49,260 bases of DNA from Bifidobacteriaceae bacterium (GCA_031255835.1 JAIRRT010000079.1:1-49260); one strand, 5' to 3'; counted from the first letter of the stretch, positions 8,371 through 18,419 are shown. The notes: generated by a model not told the origin, from the sequence alone. Made by a program: numbers and translations.

Positions 8371-9852
8371 TCAGGGGTTGAGGATCATTGCAGTGCCCGA
8401 TGCCGGATCGGTCACCAACAGGAAGATCCCCGCCGCCACCGCTGCCAGCGCAAGCAGGAACCCGGCCACAACAACCGCCTTGGTTCGTCTACTCGGCTGA
8501 GCCCGGTTGGCCTTCATTGGCCGGGCCGGTGCTGAGTCTTGGCCGCGCTTGGACTGCTTAGCGCTGCCGGGTTGATCGATCTTGGGTGCGGGCTTGGGGA
8601 CCACCTTGGTTCCGCCAGCCGATTCAATTCGCTGCAGCGCAACCGGCTCGGTGATCGGGGCAAGCACAGGCGCAGCGACCGGGTTCTCCAAACGCGTAGT
8701 CTGCGAATCGCCAGCTGAACCGGGCGCCTGGGTCGAAACCAGCGTGGCCGGCCCTGTCTGTGCGGGGGGTGTGGCCAGAGTGGGCGCTGAAGTAGAAACC
8801 CCTGAAGTGGATGGCGCCGCCAAGGTGGGTGCCGAAGTAGATGACTTGGCCGGATCGGGGAGGTCGGGTTTGGCTGTGGGGGCGGGAGCTGGTGTGGGGG
8901 CCGGGGTGGGAGATGGGGCTGGAGCGGGGGTTGGCTCGAGTTTGGCAGCGGATACCGGCCTGGCAGCTGGCTCGGACACCGGCTCAGATAGGGGCACCTG
9001 CCTGGGCGCCGCCTTGGGTGCGACCCTGGGCGCTTGGCCAGGAACGGCCTTCGGTTCATCAGGGGCGGCCTCGGGCTTGGCCTGCGGCTCGGGCGCCGGC
9101 TTGGTCTCCGACTCAGGAGCTGCCTTGGCCGCCGGTTTGGGTTCAGGCGCGGCCGGGGGGGTAGCCGCGGGAGCGGCGGTCGGCGCGGCCACAGGAGCGG
9201 GCGCGGATGTTGGCGCGGCCGCGGATGGCGATTTGGGATCCGGTTTGGCCTCGGGCGCCGGCGTTCCAGCTTGCTGCGCTGGCTTGGTTGCTGGGTCCGC
9301 CGCCGCCGGTGGAATCTTCCCGGTTGATCCGGTCTCCCCTGCTGAACTCGGCGGGGTTCGCATCGAAGAAGCGAACCTTGTTCCGACAGACGGGCGCCAA
9401 CGGGACGTAGGAGGCAACGCACCGGCACCAACACCAGGCGCACCAGCCGCACCCGCAGGCGCCGCACCCGCAGGCGCCGCACCGCTCGCCGCACCTCCAC
9501 CACCAGCTGCGCCGGCACTTACGGACGGGGCTGCAGGGGAACCCGACGGGGTGCTGGGTGGGGTTGCGGCATCGGACGCGGTGGAACGAGCCGCATAGGC
9601 ATCGGGGAAGGACAAAGTCTGGGTAAGCATGGCCTGATCAGCGTTTTGACGAGCCATAACGGCCGCCGCCACACCTGGGCCGCCGTACTTGACCAGCCAC
9701 TCCAGCAATGCCGGATATGCCGCGGCGTGCCATGCAACCCGGACGCGAAGATCAGCGTGCAAATGAGCGATGGCGGCCAAATCTGCCGGAGTGGTTGATG
9801 GGTCCTCAACGGCGCGTCTCGCACGGCCAAGATCGGCCCACGTGTCCGTCAT
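8371..9852 (-). CDS. Pro/Ala-rich protein with an N-terminal variant-LRR-like helical domain and a single C-terminal TM anchor
   Basis: The start is set at the ATG of MTDTWADLG (GAGGAA upstream), not the ORF-track 9936. The N-terminus carries PADLAAIAHLHADLRVRVAWHAAAYPALLEWL, followed by about 330 aa of PAxP low complexity. The C-terminus has KAVVVAGFLLALAAVAAGIFLLV. Confidence 0.7.
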   Translation of the reverse strand: MTDTWADLGRARRAVEDPSTTPADLAAIAHLHADLRVRVAWHAAAYPALLEWLVKYGGPGVAAAVMARQNADQAMLTQTLSFPDAYAARSTASDAATPPSTPSGSPAAPSVSAGAAGGGGAASGAAPAGAAPAGAAGAPGVGAGALPPTSRWRPSVGTRFASSMRTPPSSAGETGSTGKIPPAAADPATKPAQQAGTPAPEAKPDPKSPSAAAPTSAPAPVAAPTAAPAATPPAAPEPKPAAKAAPESETKPAPEPQAKPEAAPDEPKAVPGQAPRVAPKAAPRQVPLSEPVSEPAARPVSAAKLEPTPAPAPSPTPAPTPAPAPTAKPDLPDPAKSSTSAPTLAAPSTSGVSTSAPTLATPPAQTGPATLVSTQAPGSAGDSQTTRLENPVAAPVLAPITEPVALQRIESAGGTKVVPKPAPKIDQPGSAKQSKRGQDSAPARPMKANRAQPSRRTKAVVVAGFLLALAAVAAGIFLLVTDPASGTAMILNP

Positions 9853-10008
9853 CGTTGTGGATTCCTCACGTTCCAACGGCAGGGCGTAGCGACTGACGCG
9901 CGGCCACCCCGACAGCGGAGCACCACGCGACACCATGGGAGCCTAGTCCCATCAGTTGCCAATCGCTGACGAAACCTCAAAACGCCCACTCTATCGTCTG
10001 CCAGGTAT

Positions 10009-11301
10009 TCATGCAGCATGACCCGCCAACGTCGTAAGTACATCGCGGCCAAGCTCGGTCCTAAGTGCTTGTGGCAGTCTGACTGATCCGTCCTCCAACT
10101 GGTGGTTTTCGAGCAAAGCGACAATCCAACGGGTGGTTGCCAGCGTTCCGTTCAACGTGGCCACAGCCCGGGTTGTTGTCCCATCACCGGCAGGATCGCG
10201 TTCGCGTATCCCCAGCCGGCGGGCCTGGAACGTGGTGCAGTTCGATGTCGATGTCATCTCCCGGAAGCGCTCTTGGCTGGGAATCCAGGCCTCACAGTCA
10301 TACTTGCGAGCCGCCGAGGTTCCCAGATCTCCAGCCGCCACATCGATAACCCGGTAAGGCAGCTCCATCAGCTGCAGCATCTCCTCCTCAAAGGCAAGAA
10401 GGCGGAGGTGCTCAGCGTGGGCATCTTCCTGACGAGTGAAGGAGAACATCTCCACCTTGTGGAACTGGTGAACCCGGAAGATCCCGCGAGTGTCTTTGCC
10501 ATAGGAACCAGCCTCGCGCCGGTAGCACGCCGACCATCCCGCCAGACGCTGCGGACCGTCCGCCAAATCGATAATCTCCCCTGCCCTATAGCCGGCCAGC
10601 GCCACCTCAGAGGTGCCGGTCAGGTACAGCTCATCTGAGGGCAGGTAGTAGACCTCATCGGCATGATCACCCAGGAAACCGGTGCCCCGCATGATCTCCG
10701 GTTTGACCAGTGTCGGGGTAATCATCGGGTTGAAACCCAGATCGGTAGCCCGGCGCATCGCCAGGTTTAGCAGCGCCAGTTCCAGCAGCGTGCCCACCCC
10801 GGTTAGGTAGTAAAAGCGCGACCCGGCCACCTTGGCGCCGCGCTCGGTATCGAACGCCCCAATCCCCTGACCGATTTCGTCATGACCGCGCGGCGCGAAC
10901 CCTTCGGCCGCAAAATCGCGCGGCTCGCCAACCGTGCGAATCACCTCAAATTGGTTCTCCTGCCCGGACGGCGCGCCCGGCTCAACCAAGTTCGGTAAAC
11001 GCAAGATGAGGGAAGTCAATCTGTCATCTGCGACATCGGCCTCGGCTTGGCGCGACTTGACATCTTCAGCCAGCGCCTTGGCCTGCGCCACCAGCGCCGC
11101 CTTGTCTTGACCTTGCGCCTTGGCGACCTGTTTCCCCAGTTCACGCTGGGATGCCCTCTGTTCCTCAAAAGCCCCCAAAGCCGCACGATGCCGTCGGTCA
11201 GCCTCCAGAATTTGGTCCACCAAAGCTGGATCCTCGCCTCGAGCCCGCTGCGAGTCTTTGGCGGCGCCCGGGTCTTCGCGCAGGGTTTTCAGGTCGATCA
11301 C
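10009..11301 (-). CDS. serS: Seryl-tRNA synthetase
   Basis: Class II aaRS with the SerS N-terminal coiled coil (VIDLKTLREDP...), GTSEVAL and FRVHQFHKVEMF. The start is set at GTG 11301, giving about 430 aa. The 45-codon ORF extension is rejected. Confidence 0.93.
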   Translation of the reverse strand: MIDLKTLREDPGAAKDSQRARGEDPALVDQILEADRRHRAALGAFEEQRASQRELGKQVAKAQGQDKAALVAQAKALAEDVKSRQAEADVADDRLTSLILRLPNLVEPGAPSGQENQFEVIRTVGEPRDFAAEGFAPRGHDEIGQGIGAFDTERGAKVAGSRFYYLTGVGTLLELALLNLAMRRATDLGFNPMITPTLVKPEIMRGTGFLGDHADEVYYLPSDELYLTGTSEVALAGYRAGEIIDLADGPQRLAGWSACYRREAGSYGKDTRGIFRVHQFHKVEMFSFTRQEDAHAEHLRLLAFEEEMLQLMELPYRVIDVAAGDLGTSAARKYDCEAWIPSQERFREMTSTSNCTTFQARRLGIRERDPAGDGTTTRAVATLNGTLATTRWIVALLENHQLEDGSVRLPQALRTELGRDVLTTLAGHAA

Positions 11302-11358
11302 ATGGGCGAGGATACCGGGCCTTTGGCCGATTGTGGCCGGGAACGGGACAATGGTGCG

Positions 11359-12429
11359 ATGGGGCCGGAGACTTGGACCGCCATCGGCGGGTTGGCTGTG
11401 GGTGCCGGCGGAATTGGCGCCGCCATCCGCGCTCACCGGACCCTGCGCGGAGACCGGCGTGAGGCATCCAGGCGCAGGCGCAGTCAGCGGCGCAACACCG
11501 AACCGACCGTCGGGATAGTTGTCAACCCGACAAAGGTCGATATGGCCACGTTCCGCCCTTTGGCGGAGGCCGCCGCCCGCGAGTATGGCTACGAGCCGCC
11601 CACCTGGTGGCTGACAGCGCCGGACTCACCTGGCACCGATCAGGCGGCATCGGCGGTCGATTCTGGCGCATCGCTTGTGGTGGCGGCCGGCGGGGATGGG
11701 ACTGTCCGGGCTGTGGCTGGGGCGCTGGTGGGCACGCGGATCCCGCTGGGAATTGTGCCAACCGGCACGGGCAACCTGTTGGCGCGCAATCTGGCTCTGC
11801 CGCTGTTTGGTCTCTCGCCAATGCTGCGGGTGGCGTTCGATGGGCGGGACCGAGCCGTTGACGTGGGGCGGATCAGTGCGGCCGGCCCAGGCGGTCCGGT
11901 GGTGGAGGACGAGGTTTTCCTAGTCATCACCGGGCTGGGTTTTGACGCGGCGATGGTCTCTGACACCAAAGCGCACCTGAAGCGGCGGGTGGGCTGGCCG
12001 GCATACTTCATGTCCGGCGTGCAGAACCTCAAGGGGCCGCGAATCAAGGCGGCCATCGACATTGATGGTGCGGTCCGCTCGGTGCGTGCACGGTCCATCA
12101 TGATCGGCAACTGTGGACGGCTGCCGGCCGGCGTGCGGCTGCTGCCCAACGCACGCATAGACGATGGCCTGCTCGATATCGCCATGGTGGATGCGCGCGC
12201 TGGGATTGTTGGGTGGGCCTCGCTTGCCGCCCAAATCGGGCTGCAGGGCATAGGTGTACGGAACCTACCTAGATTCGCGATTGGTCGGCTACTGCATGAA
12301 CAAGCACGACGTGTCCGCGTGGTGGCCGATGGCGATCCGCTGTTACAGATCGATGGTGAAGCCATAGGCCAGGTCACAGAGCTATCTGCTCGTGTGATTC
12401 CGAAGGGCCTGCTGATTAAGGTCCGCTGA
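11359..12429 (+). CDS. Diacylglycerol/lipid kinase family protein (DagK/LCB5 catalytic domain)
   Basis: VVAAGGDGTVRAV, PLGIVPTGTGNLLARNL and IGNCGRLP motifs are present. The start is placed at ATG 11359, beyond the serS start. The upstream part of the ORF is antisense to serS. Confidence 0.85.
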   Translation: MGPETWTAIGGLAVGAGGIGAAIRAHRTLRGDRREASRRRRSQRRNTEPTVGIVVNPTKVDMATFRPLAEAAAREYGYEPPTWWLTAPDSPGTDQAASAVDSGASLVVAAGGDGTVRAVAGALVGTRIPLGIVPTGTGNLLARNLALPLFGLSPMLRVAFDGRDRAVDVGRISAAGPGGPVVEDEVFLVITGLGFDAAMVSDTKAHLKRRVGWPAYFMSGVQNLKGPRIKAAIDIDGAVRSVRARSIMIGNCGRLPAGVRLLPNARIDDGLLDIAMVDARAGIVGWASLAAQIGLQGIGVRNLPRFAIGRLLHEQARRVRVVADGDPLLQIDGEAIGQVTELSARVIPKGLLIKVR

Positions 12430-12527
12430 GGTTCCAAGGACCTAGGCCTAAAGGCCGGTATGATGCCCGGAGGACATTGCTGTCGTCGCCCCTGACACCG
12501 GGTGACAAAACTGAAAGATTGGCCCCA

Positions 12528-15500
12528 ATGACTATGTCATCCCCCTCTCGTCGTTCGCTACGCCGATCCTCGCATTCCCGCCCCCACCCCATTCGAGGCA
12601 GACTCGTTGCGGTTGCCGTCGGGTTGGCTGTGGCCGTGGCTGGTCAGGCAAGCACGGTCTTGCCTCAGCAGGAGGCTGCCGCCGCCACCAACGTGGCGTA
12701 CCTATCGGTCTACCCCGTGGCTGGAACCCAGACGGCCACCGAGGTGACCATGCAGGCCAAGTTGTGGGACAAGACCGCCGGCTGGACCGAGTTGGATGGC
12801 GAGACCATCACCTTCACCGTTGACGGACAGTCTGTCACTGCGGTGACGGGGCCCGATGGCGTAGCGGAGGCCAGGGTCAGTCGGGTTGCCGGAGAACCGG
12901 TGGTGGCGAGCTTTGCTGAGACCGCTGTCCACAGGGAAGTCAGCGCCTCCCACGACTTGGCCAACCTGGGCAAAGCGCCTGCTGACGTGGTCTTCACGGT
13001 CGATGAATCTGGGTCGATGGACTGGATCAAGGACGCGCTGACCAGCAACCTGCCGTTCATGGCAGAGACCTTGGCTGCTGACCTCGACTTTCAGATTGGC
13101 CTGATGGGCTTTGGGGCCAACCCCTCACCGCCGGTGATCCTTCAACCGGCCACAAACAACCTTGAACACTTCAAGACAGCCGTCGAGGGGTTGCGGATTA
13201 ACGGTTCACAGGAGCCGGGCATCGATGCCGTCGGAGAGGCGACCAAGGCACGCGTTGGCCTGCGGTCCAACGCAGCTGAGTGCATCGTCATGATCACTGA
13301 TGAGGGTACGCAGAGCTCCCAGTGGACCGAAGCCCAGGCCATGCAGGCCATGAGCGACAGAGGTGCCACCCTGTTTTCGATTGTGAAGTCAACGCTCCCC
13401 AGCGCGGCGACCTATCGCAACATGGCAACGAACAGCGGCGGGCAGTTCTTCGACATCGACGCGTTCCAAACCAACCCCCAGCCCGTGCTTGACGCCATGC
13501 TCACCACGTGCGTTGCAGCTGTGGCCCTCCGTCCGGATTTGGCTGTTGAGATCACCGACAACAAGGAGTGGACCACTTCGGAGTCCCGCGAAACAGTTGT
13601 TGTGACTAACCGAAACGACGGCCTGGACACTGTTGATGACATCACGACTGAGGTGAGGCTGTACGCCCCACTGTCAGTGGTTTCTGTCTCGCACGGCGGA
13701 ACCGCCAGGTTGGCGACGGACGGCGGCATCAAGGTGACGTGGCCCCTATACGAGTTGGATTCTGGTGAGAGCGTCCAATTCGAAATCCAGATAGCTGTTG
13801 ATGAGGGTGCAGGGCCGCCAGATCAGCTGCGCTATGTGGCCACCATTGCCGACGATGGCGCGAACGGGCCGGACCTCGCCCCCGCCAACAACCGCGCAGA
13901 GGACACAACCGAGGTCCGGAACCGGCCCGATTTGACCGTGGACGTGACCGATGGTGCCCAACGGCTCCATCTATCCGAGGACGCCACTGCAGTGGTGGAT
14001 ATCAGCAACGCTGGCTTGGTCGATACAACCGGCACCGAGGTGACACTTGAGGTTGACGGCGGCGTCGAGATCACCTCTGCATCCAACGGCGGCACGTTCA
14101 CCCAAAGTGGCGGCGTGTGGCGGGTTGTCTGGCCGGCGTTCAATCTGGCCGCTGGAGCTGACACTTCACGGGAGATCGAACTAACCGTGCTGGACACAGC
14201 CGCAGTCGATTCGATCATCACCTACACCGCCCGGGTGACCGATGACGGTTCACACGGAGTGGAGCTGACGCCAGCGAACAACCGCGCCACAGACACCACC
14301 GAGGTGTTCGGCGAGCCTGACCTGGCCGTCACGGTGACTGACGGCATCGACCAAATCCGGCCAGGGGGCACGGCCACCGCAACAGTGAACGTCGAGAACC
14401 TAGGCCGTGTGTTTGCTTCCGGAACTGACCTGGTTGTGGAGATCGATGGCGACATCCAGGTCACTTCGGTGTCCGATGGCGGCACGGCCACTGCCGTGAC
14501 CGGCGGGTACCGGGTGGTTTGGCCGGCTTTCCGGCTGGATCGCGGCCAAACAACAACGCGGACAATCGAGCTGGCTGCCACCCCAACTGCGCGTGTGGAT
14601 TCGATCATCACCTACACCGCCACGGTCACCGATGATGGCGCTCACGGCGTTGATCTGAACCAGGCCAACAACCGCTCGGTTGACACCACCGAGGTGTTCG
14701 ATCAGCCGGATCTGTCAGTAACCGTCTCGGACGGAATCGACCAAATCAGGCCAAGAGGCACAGCCACCGCCACGGTGACAGTTGAGAACCTGGGCCGGGT
14801 ATTCACGTCCGGCACCGACCTCGTGGTTGAGATAGACGGCGACATCCAGGTCACGTCAGTGTCCGATGGCGGCACAGCCACTGCCGTGCCCGGTGGGTAC
14901 CGGGTTACGTGGCCGGCTTTCCGGCTGGACCTGGGTGCATCCACCACCAAGCGAATCGACCTGGCTGCCATACCGACAGCGCGTGTTGATTCGATCATCA
15001 CCTATACGGCCACCGTCACCGACGATGGCGCACACGGCGTTGATCTGAACCAGGCCAACAACCGGTCAGTGGACACCACTGAGGTGTTCGATCAGCCGGA
15101 CCTGGCTGTCACAGTGACTGACGGCATCGACCAGATCCGCCCAGAGGGCACCGCCACCGCCACGGTGACGGTCACCAACCTGGGCAGGGTCGATACCACT
15201 GGCACCTTGTTGACCGTCACGATTGCTGGAGATGTCGAGAACATCGTGGCAACCGACGGTGGGCAGGTCAGGTCTGTTCCAGGTGGATGGTTCGAGGTCA
15301 CCTGGCCGGTGTTCCGCCTACCGCTAGGCGACACAATCACCAGGCAAATCCAACTGGCCGCCACACCGAACGCCCGTGTCGATACAACCATCTCCTACAC
15401 AGCAACGGTCGGCGATGACGGAGCCCACGGCGCAGACCTGAACCCAGCCAACAACACCTCCATCGACACCACCGGCATATTCGACCAACCCGACCTGGCT

Positions 15501-18419
15501 GTGACCGTCACCGACGGCATCGACCAGATCAGGCCCGGAAGCGCCGCAACCGCAACGGTGAACGTCAGCAACGTCGGCCGGGTCTACACCTCCGGCACCG
15601 ACCTGGTTGTCGCGGTTGACGGTGAAGTCGAGATCACCTCGGTGTCCGATGGCGGCACCTCCCGCCCCGTGCCCGGCGGGCACGAGGTTGTCTGGCCGGC
15701 CTTCCGGCTGGACCTGGGCGAGGCCACCACTCGGCAGTTCGAGGTGCGCGCCGATCCAAGGGCAATGGTCGATTCGATCATCACCTACACCGCCACAGTC
15801 ACCGATGACGGCACACACGGCCAAGACCTCAACCCGGCCAACAACACCTCCATCGACACCACCGAGGTGTTTGACCAGCCCGACCTGGCCGTCACCGTCA
15901 GCGACGGAATCGACGAGATCCGCCCCCAAGCCACGGCTACCGCAACGGTGAACGTCAGCAACGTCGGCCGGGTCTACACCTCCGGCACCGCGCTGACCGT
16001 CACGGTCATGGGTGACGTCGAGATCACTTCGGTATCCGACGCCGGCCGCGCCACGCCGATAACGGGTGGATACCAGGTCACATGGCCGGCCTTCCGCCTG
16101 GACCGCGACGAGTCCACCACCAGGCAAATCGAGCTGGCAACCATCGTGACAGCGCGTGTCGATTCGTTCATCACCTACACCGCCAGCGTCACCGATGATG
16201 GCGCCCACGGCCAGGACCTCGACCCGGCCAACAACGAGTCCTCGGATACAACGCAGATCCTGGACCAGCCGGACCTGACCGTCACGGTGAGCGACGGAAT
16301 CGACCAGATCCGCCCCGAAGGCACCGCCACGGCGACGGTCACCGTCCACAACGCGGGAAGGGTCGATACCTACGGAACCGCCATCAGCGTCATCGTCCAG
16401 GGGGATGTCACCATCACCTCGGTGTCCGATGGCGGAACGTTCGCGCCCGCTCCAAACGGCGGCCACCGCGTGACCTGGCCGGAGATCCAGCTGCCACTTG
16501 GCCACATCATCACCCGGCAGATCGAGGTGGAGGCCATCCCGGCGGCGCGCGTTGATTCGACAATCACCTACACCGCCAACGTCACAGACGATGGCGCCCA
16601 CGGCCCGGACCTGACCCCCGCCAACAACCAGGCGGTGGACACCACCGAGGTTTTCGATCAGCCAGACCTGACGGTGACGGTGAGTGACGGAATCGACCAG
16701 ATCCGCCCTGAGGGCACCGCGACCGCGACGGTGACCGTCAACAACGAAGGGCGCGTCGCCGCGACCGGCACAGCCCTGAGCGTCACCATTGACGGCGCCG
16801 TAACCGTGACCTCCGTGTCCGATGGCGGAACCGCCACCCCGATAGCCGGCGGCTACGAGGTGACCTGGCCGGCATTCGATATGGACCTGCGGCAGTCCGT
16901 CACGCGGCAGATTCTGGTCGCGGCCCCGGCCACAGCACCGGTCGATTCGATCATCACCTACACGGCCAACGTGACCGAGGATGGCTCCCACGGCGCGGAC
17001 CTGACGCCCGAGAACAACCGCTCAGTTGACACCACCGAGGTGTTCGATCAACCCGACCTGACCATCACGGTGAGCGACGGAATCGACCAGATCCGCCCCG
17101 AGCAGGCTGCCACCGCCACGGTGAGCATCAGCAACGTAGGGCGCGTGGCGACAACCGGAACCGCTGTGACTGTCACGGTGGCCGGCGATGTTGTGATCAC
17201 CGGAATCTCGGACGGCGGAACTACAAGGCGGGTTCCTGGCGGCTGGCAAGAGGTCAGCTGGCCGGCCTTCCGCCTGGAAATCGGGCAGACCACAGTCAGG
17301 ACCATCTCTCTGTCCGCAACCAGGGCAGCCAGGGTCGATTCGACCGTCACCTACACAGCCACCGTCGGCGACGATGGCGCACACGGCGGGGATCTGAACC
17401 CGGACAACAACCTGTCCGTGGACACCACCGAGGTGTTTGATCAGCCCGATCTGGCCATCACCGTGAGTGACGGCATCGAGGAGATCCGGCCAGATCAGCA
17501 GCTCACGGCCACGGTGCGCGTCAACAACCGCGGCCGGGTCGCCACAACCGGCACCACCGTGACCCTGAAGATCACCGGCGATGTCGAGATCAAGTCGATC
17601 TCAGACGGCGGCACTTCCCGCGCGATCAGTGGCGGCTTCGAGGTGACGTGGCCGGTGTTCGATCTGGCCATTGCCGGCGAGGTCGCCAGGTACGTTGACC
17701 TGCACACCAAGGGTGACGCCAAGATCGATTCCAACATCAACTACACCGCGAATGTGACCGAGGATGGCGCCCACGGCGATGACCTGGTCCCAGCGAACAA
17801 TGAGGCGACCGATAAGACCCTGGTGTTCGATCAACCCGACCTAGTGGTCAAGATCGATGACGGCATGGATGTGATCAGGCCTGGTCAGCCGGCCGTGGCC
17901 ACCGTCACGGTCACCAACGAGGGTCGAGTCGACGCCCAGGGCAGCGCACTCACAGTCACGGTGACCGGCCCGCTCCAGGTGGTCTCGGTGTCCCATGGCG
18001 GGACGTTCGTGGCCCTGCCGAACGGCGGCTACGAAGTCACCTGGCCGCCATTTGACCTGCCGATTGGCGAGTCGCTGGAACGGCAGATCGGTGTGGTGGT
18101 TTCCGAGACCGCCCAAGCTGGTGAAGCAATCGAGTTTGTGGCAACAGTCAAGGACGATGGCGTTCACGGTGCCGATCTGACACCGGCCAACAACCGCAGC
18201 GAGAACCCGACGGTTCTGGTTCGGGATCCCGATCCGGTCATCACTCCGCAGGCTGCTCCGCCGACGCCTCCGACCCCAACGCCCGAACCTCCGCTCAAGG
18301 TGGAGCTGGCCAAGACAGGTGCCCAAGGCGTCATGGCGCTGACAGTCACCGCTTGCGGTCTGCTGGTGCTCGGCCTGGTGCTGGCCCTTGGGCGAAGGCG
18401 CCGCCGCGAGCGCGGCTGA
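12528..18419 (+). CDS. Giant cell-wall-anchored surface protein: signal peptide, Ig-like domain, vWA domain, 12 CARDB/DUF11-like repeats, LAxTG sorting signal
   Basis: The signal peptide is RGRLVAVAVGLAVAVAGQA. The vWA MIDAS motif is VVFTVDESGSMDW...MITDEGT. There are 12 units of about 130 aa, each starting with PDL and ending ...DDGAHG.DL.PANN...DTTEVFDQ. The C-terminus is LAKTG, a hydrophobic helix and RRRRRERG. The exact start is uncertain (12477, 12528 or 12534). Confidence 0.9.
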   Translation: MTMSSPSRRSLRRSSHSRPHPIRGRLVAVAVGLAVAVAGQASTVLPQQEAAAATNVAYLSVYPVAGTQTATEVTMQAKLWDKTAGWTELDGETITFTVDGQSVTAVTGPDGVAEARVSRVAGEPVVASFAETAVHREVSASHDLANLGKAPADVVFTVDESGSMDWIKDALTSNLPFMAETLAADLDFQIGLMGFGANPSPPVILQPATNNLEHFKTAVEGLRINGSQEPGIDAVGEATKARVGLRSNAAECIVMITDEGTQSSQWTEAQAMQAMSDRGATLFSIVKSTLPSAATYRNMATNSGGQFFDIDAFQTNPQPVLDAMLTTCVAAVALRPDLAVEITDNKEWTTSESRETVVVTNRNDGLDTVDDITTEVRLYAPLSVVSVSHGGTARLATDGGIKVTWPLYELDSGESVQFEIQIAVDEGAGPPDQLRYVATIADDGANGPDLAPANNRAEDTTEVRNRPDLTVDVTDGAQRLHLSEDATAVVDISNAGLVDTTGTEVTLEVDGGVEITSASNGGTFTQSGGVWRVVWPAFNLAAGADTSREIELTVLDTAAVDSIITYTARVTDDGSHGVELTPANNRATDTTEVFGEPDLAVTVTDGIDQIRPGGTATATVNVENLGRVFASGTDLVVEIDGDIQVTSVSDGGTATAVTGGYRVVWPAFRLDRGQTTTRTIELAATPTARVDSIITYTATVTDDGAHGVDLNQANNRSVDTTEVFDQPDLSVTVSDGIDQIRPRGTATATVTVENLGRVFTSGTDLVVEIDGDIQVTSVSDGGTATAVPGGYRVTWPAFRLDLGASTTKRIDLAAIPTARVDSIITYTATVTDDGAHGVDLNQANNRSVDTTEVFDQPDLAVTVTDGIDQIRPEGTATATVTVTNLGRVDTTGTLLTVTIAGDVENIVATDGGQVRSVPGGWFEVTWPVFRLPLGDTITRQIQLAATPNARVDTTISYTATVGDDGAHGADLNPANNTSIDTTGIFDQPDLAVTVTDGIDQIRPGSAATATVNVSNVGRVYTSGTDLVVAVDGEVEITSVSDGGTSRPVPGGHEVVWPAFRLDLGEATTRQFEVRADPRAMVDSIITYTATVTDDGTHGQDLNPANNTSIDTTEVFDQPDLAVTVSDGIDEIRPQATATATVNVSNVGRVYTSGTALTVTVMGDVEITSVSDAGRATPITGGYQVTWPAFRLDRDESTTRQIELATIVTARVDSFITYTASVTDDGAHGQDLDPANNESSDTTQILDQPDLTVTVSDGIDQIRPEGTATATVTVHNAGRVDTYGTAISVIVQGDVTITSVSDGGTFAPAPNGGHRVTWPEIQLPLGHIITRQIEVEAIPAARVDSTITYTANVTDDGAHGPDLTPANNQAVDTTEVFDQPDLTVTVSDGIDQIRPEGTATATVTVNNEGRVAATGTALSVTIDGAVTVTSVSDGGTATPIAGGYEVTWPAFDMDLRQSVTRQILVAAPATAPVDSIITYTANVTEDGSHGADLTPENNRSVDTTEVFDQPDLTITVSDGIDQIRPEQAATATVSISNVGRVATTGTAVTVTVAGDVVITGISDGGTTRRVPGGWQEVSWPAFRLEIGQTTVRTISLSATRAARVDSTVTYTATVGDDGAHGGDLNPDNNLSVDTTEVFDQPDLAITVSDGIEEIRPDQQLTATVRVNNRGRVATTGTTVTLKITGDVEIKSISDGGTSRAISGGFEVTWPVFDLAIAGEVARYVDLHTKGDAKIDSNINYTANVTEDGAHGDDLVPANNEATDKTLVFDQPDLVVKIDDGMDVIRPGQPAVATVTVTNEGRVDAQGSALTVTVTGPLQVVSVSHGGTFVALPNGGYEVTWPPFDLPIGESLERQIGVVVSETAQAGEAIEFVATVKDDGVHGADLTPANNRSENPTVLVRDPDPVITPQAAPPTPPTPTPEPPLKVELAKTGAQGVMALTVTACGLLVLGLVLALGRRRRRERG
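13533..18226 (+). repeat. In-frame tandem coding repeat, 12 units of 390-393 bp
   Basis: The PDL codons of successive units fall at 13533, 13926, 14316, 14706, 15096, 15489, 15879, 16269, 16662, 17052, 17445 and 17835. Units 3 and 4 share a long identical block at their 3' ends. Confidence 0.95.

Noticed and set aside
8514-9598. Two ORFs longer than 330 aa (8514-9518 on the minus strand, 8582-9598 on the plus strand) overlapping the Pro/Ala-rich gene
   Set aside because: Low-complexity translation (RRP/PRP or GAG repeats) is produced by the biased PAxP-coding DNA. Only the 8371-9852 frame has a structured N-domain, a TM anchor and an RBS.
15324-16991. 555-aa antisense ORF, plus many shorter minus-strand ORFs (for example 13832-14221 and 14222-14611) inside the giant adhesin gene
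   Set aside because: These are typical high-GC antisense open frames. Their Gly/Arg/Asp-rich composition simply mirrors the repeat structure, and the sense strand has clear domain homology.
13533-18226. Strikingly regular 390-bp periodicity that could be mistaken for a satellite or CRISPR-like array
   Set aside because: The repeats lie in one continuous reading frame and encode about 130-aa Ig-like (CARDB/DUF11) domains of a surface protein. Units are 390-393 bp with no short conserved repeat/spacer organisation.
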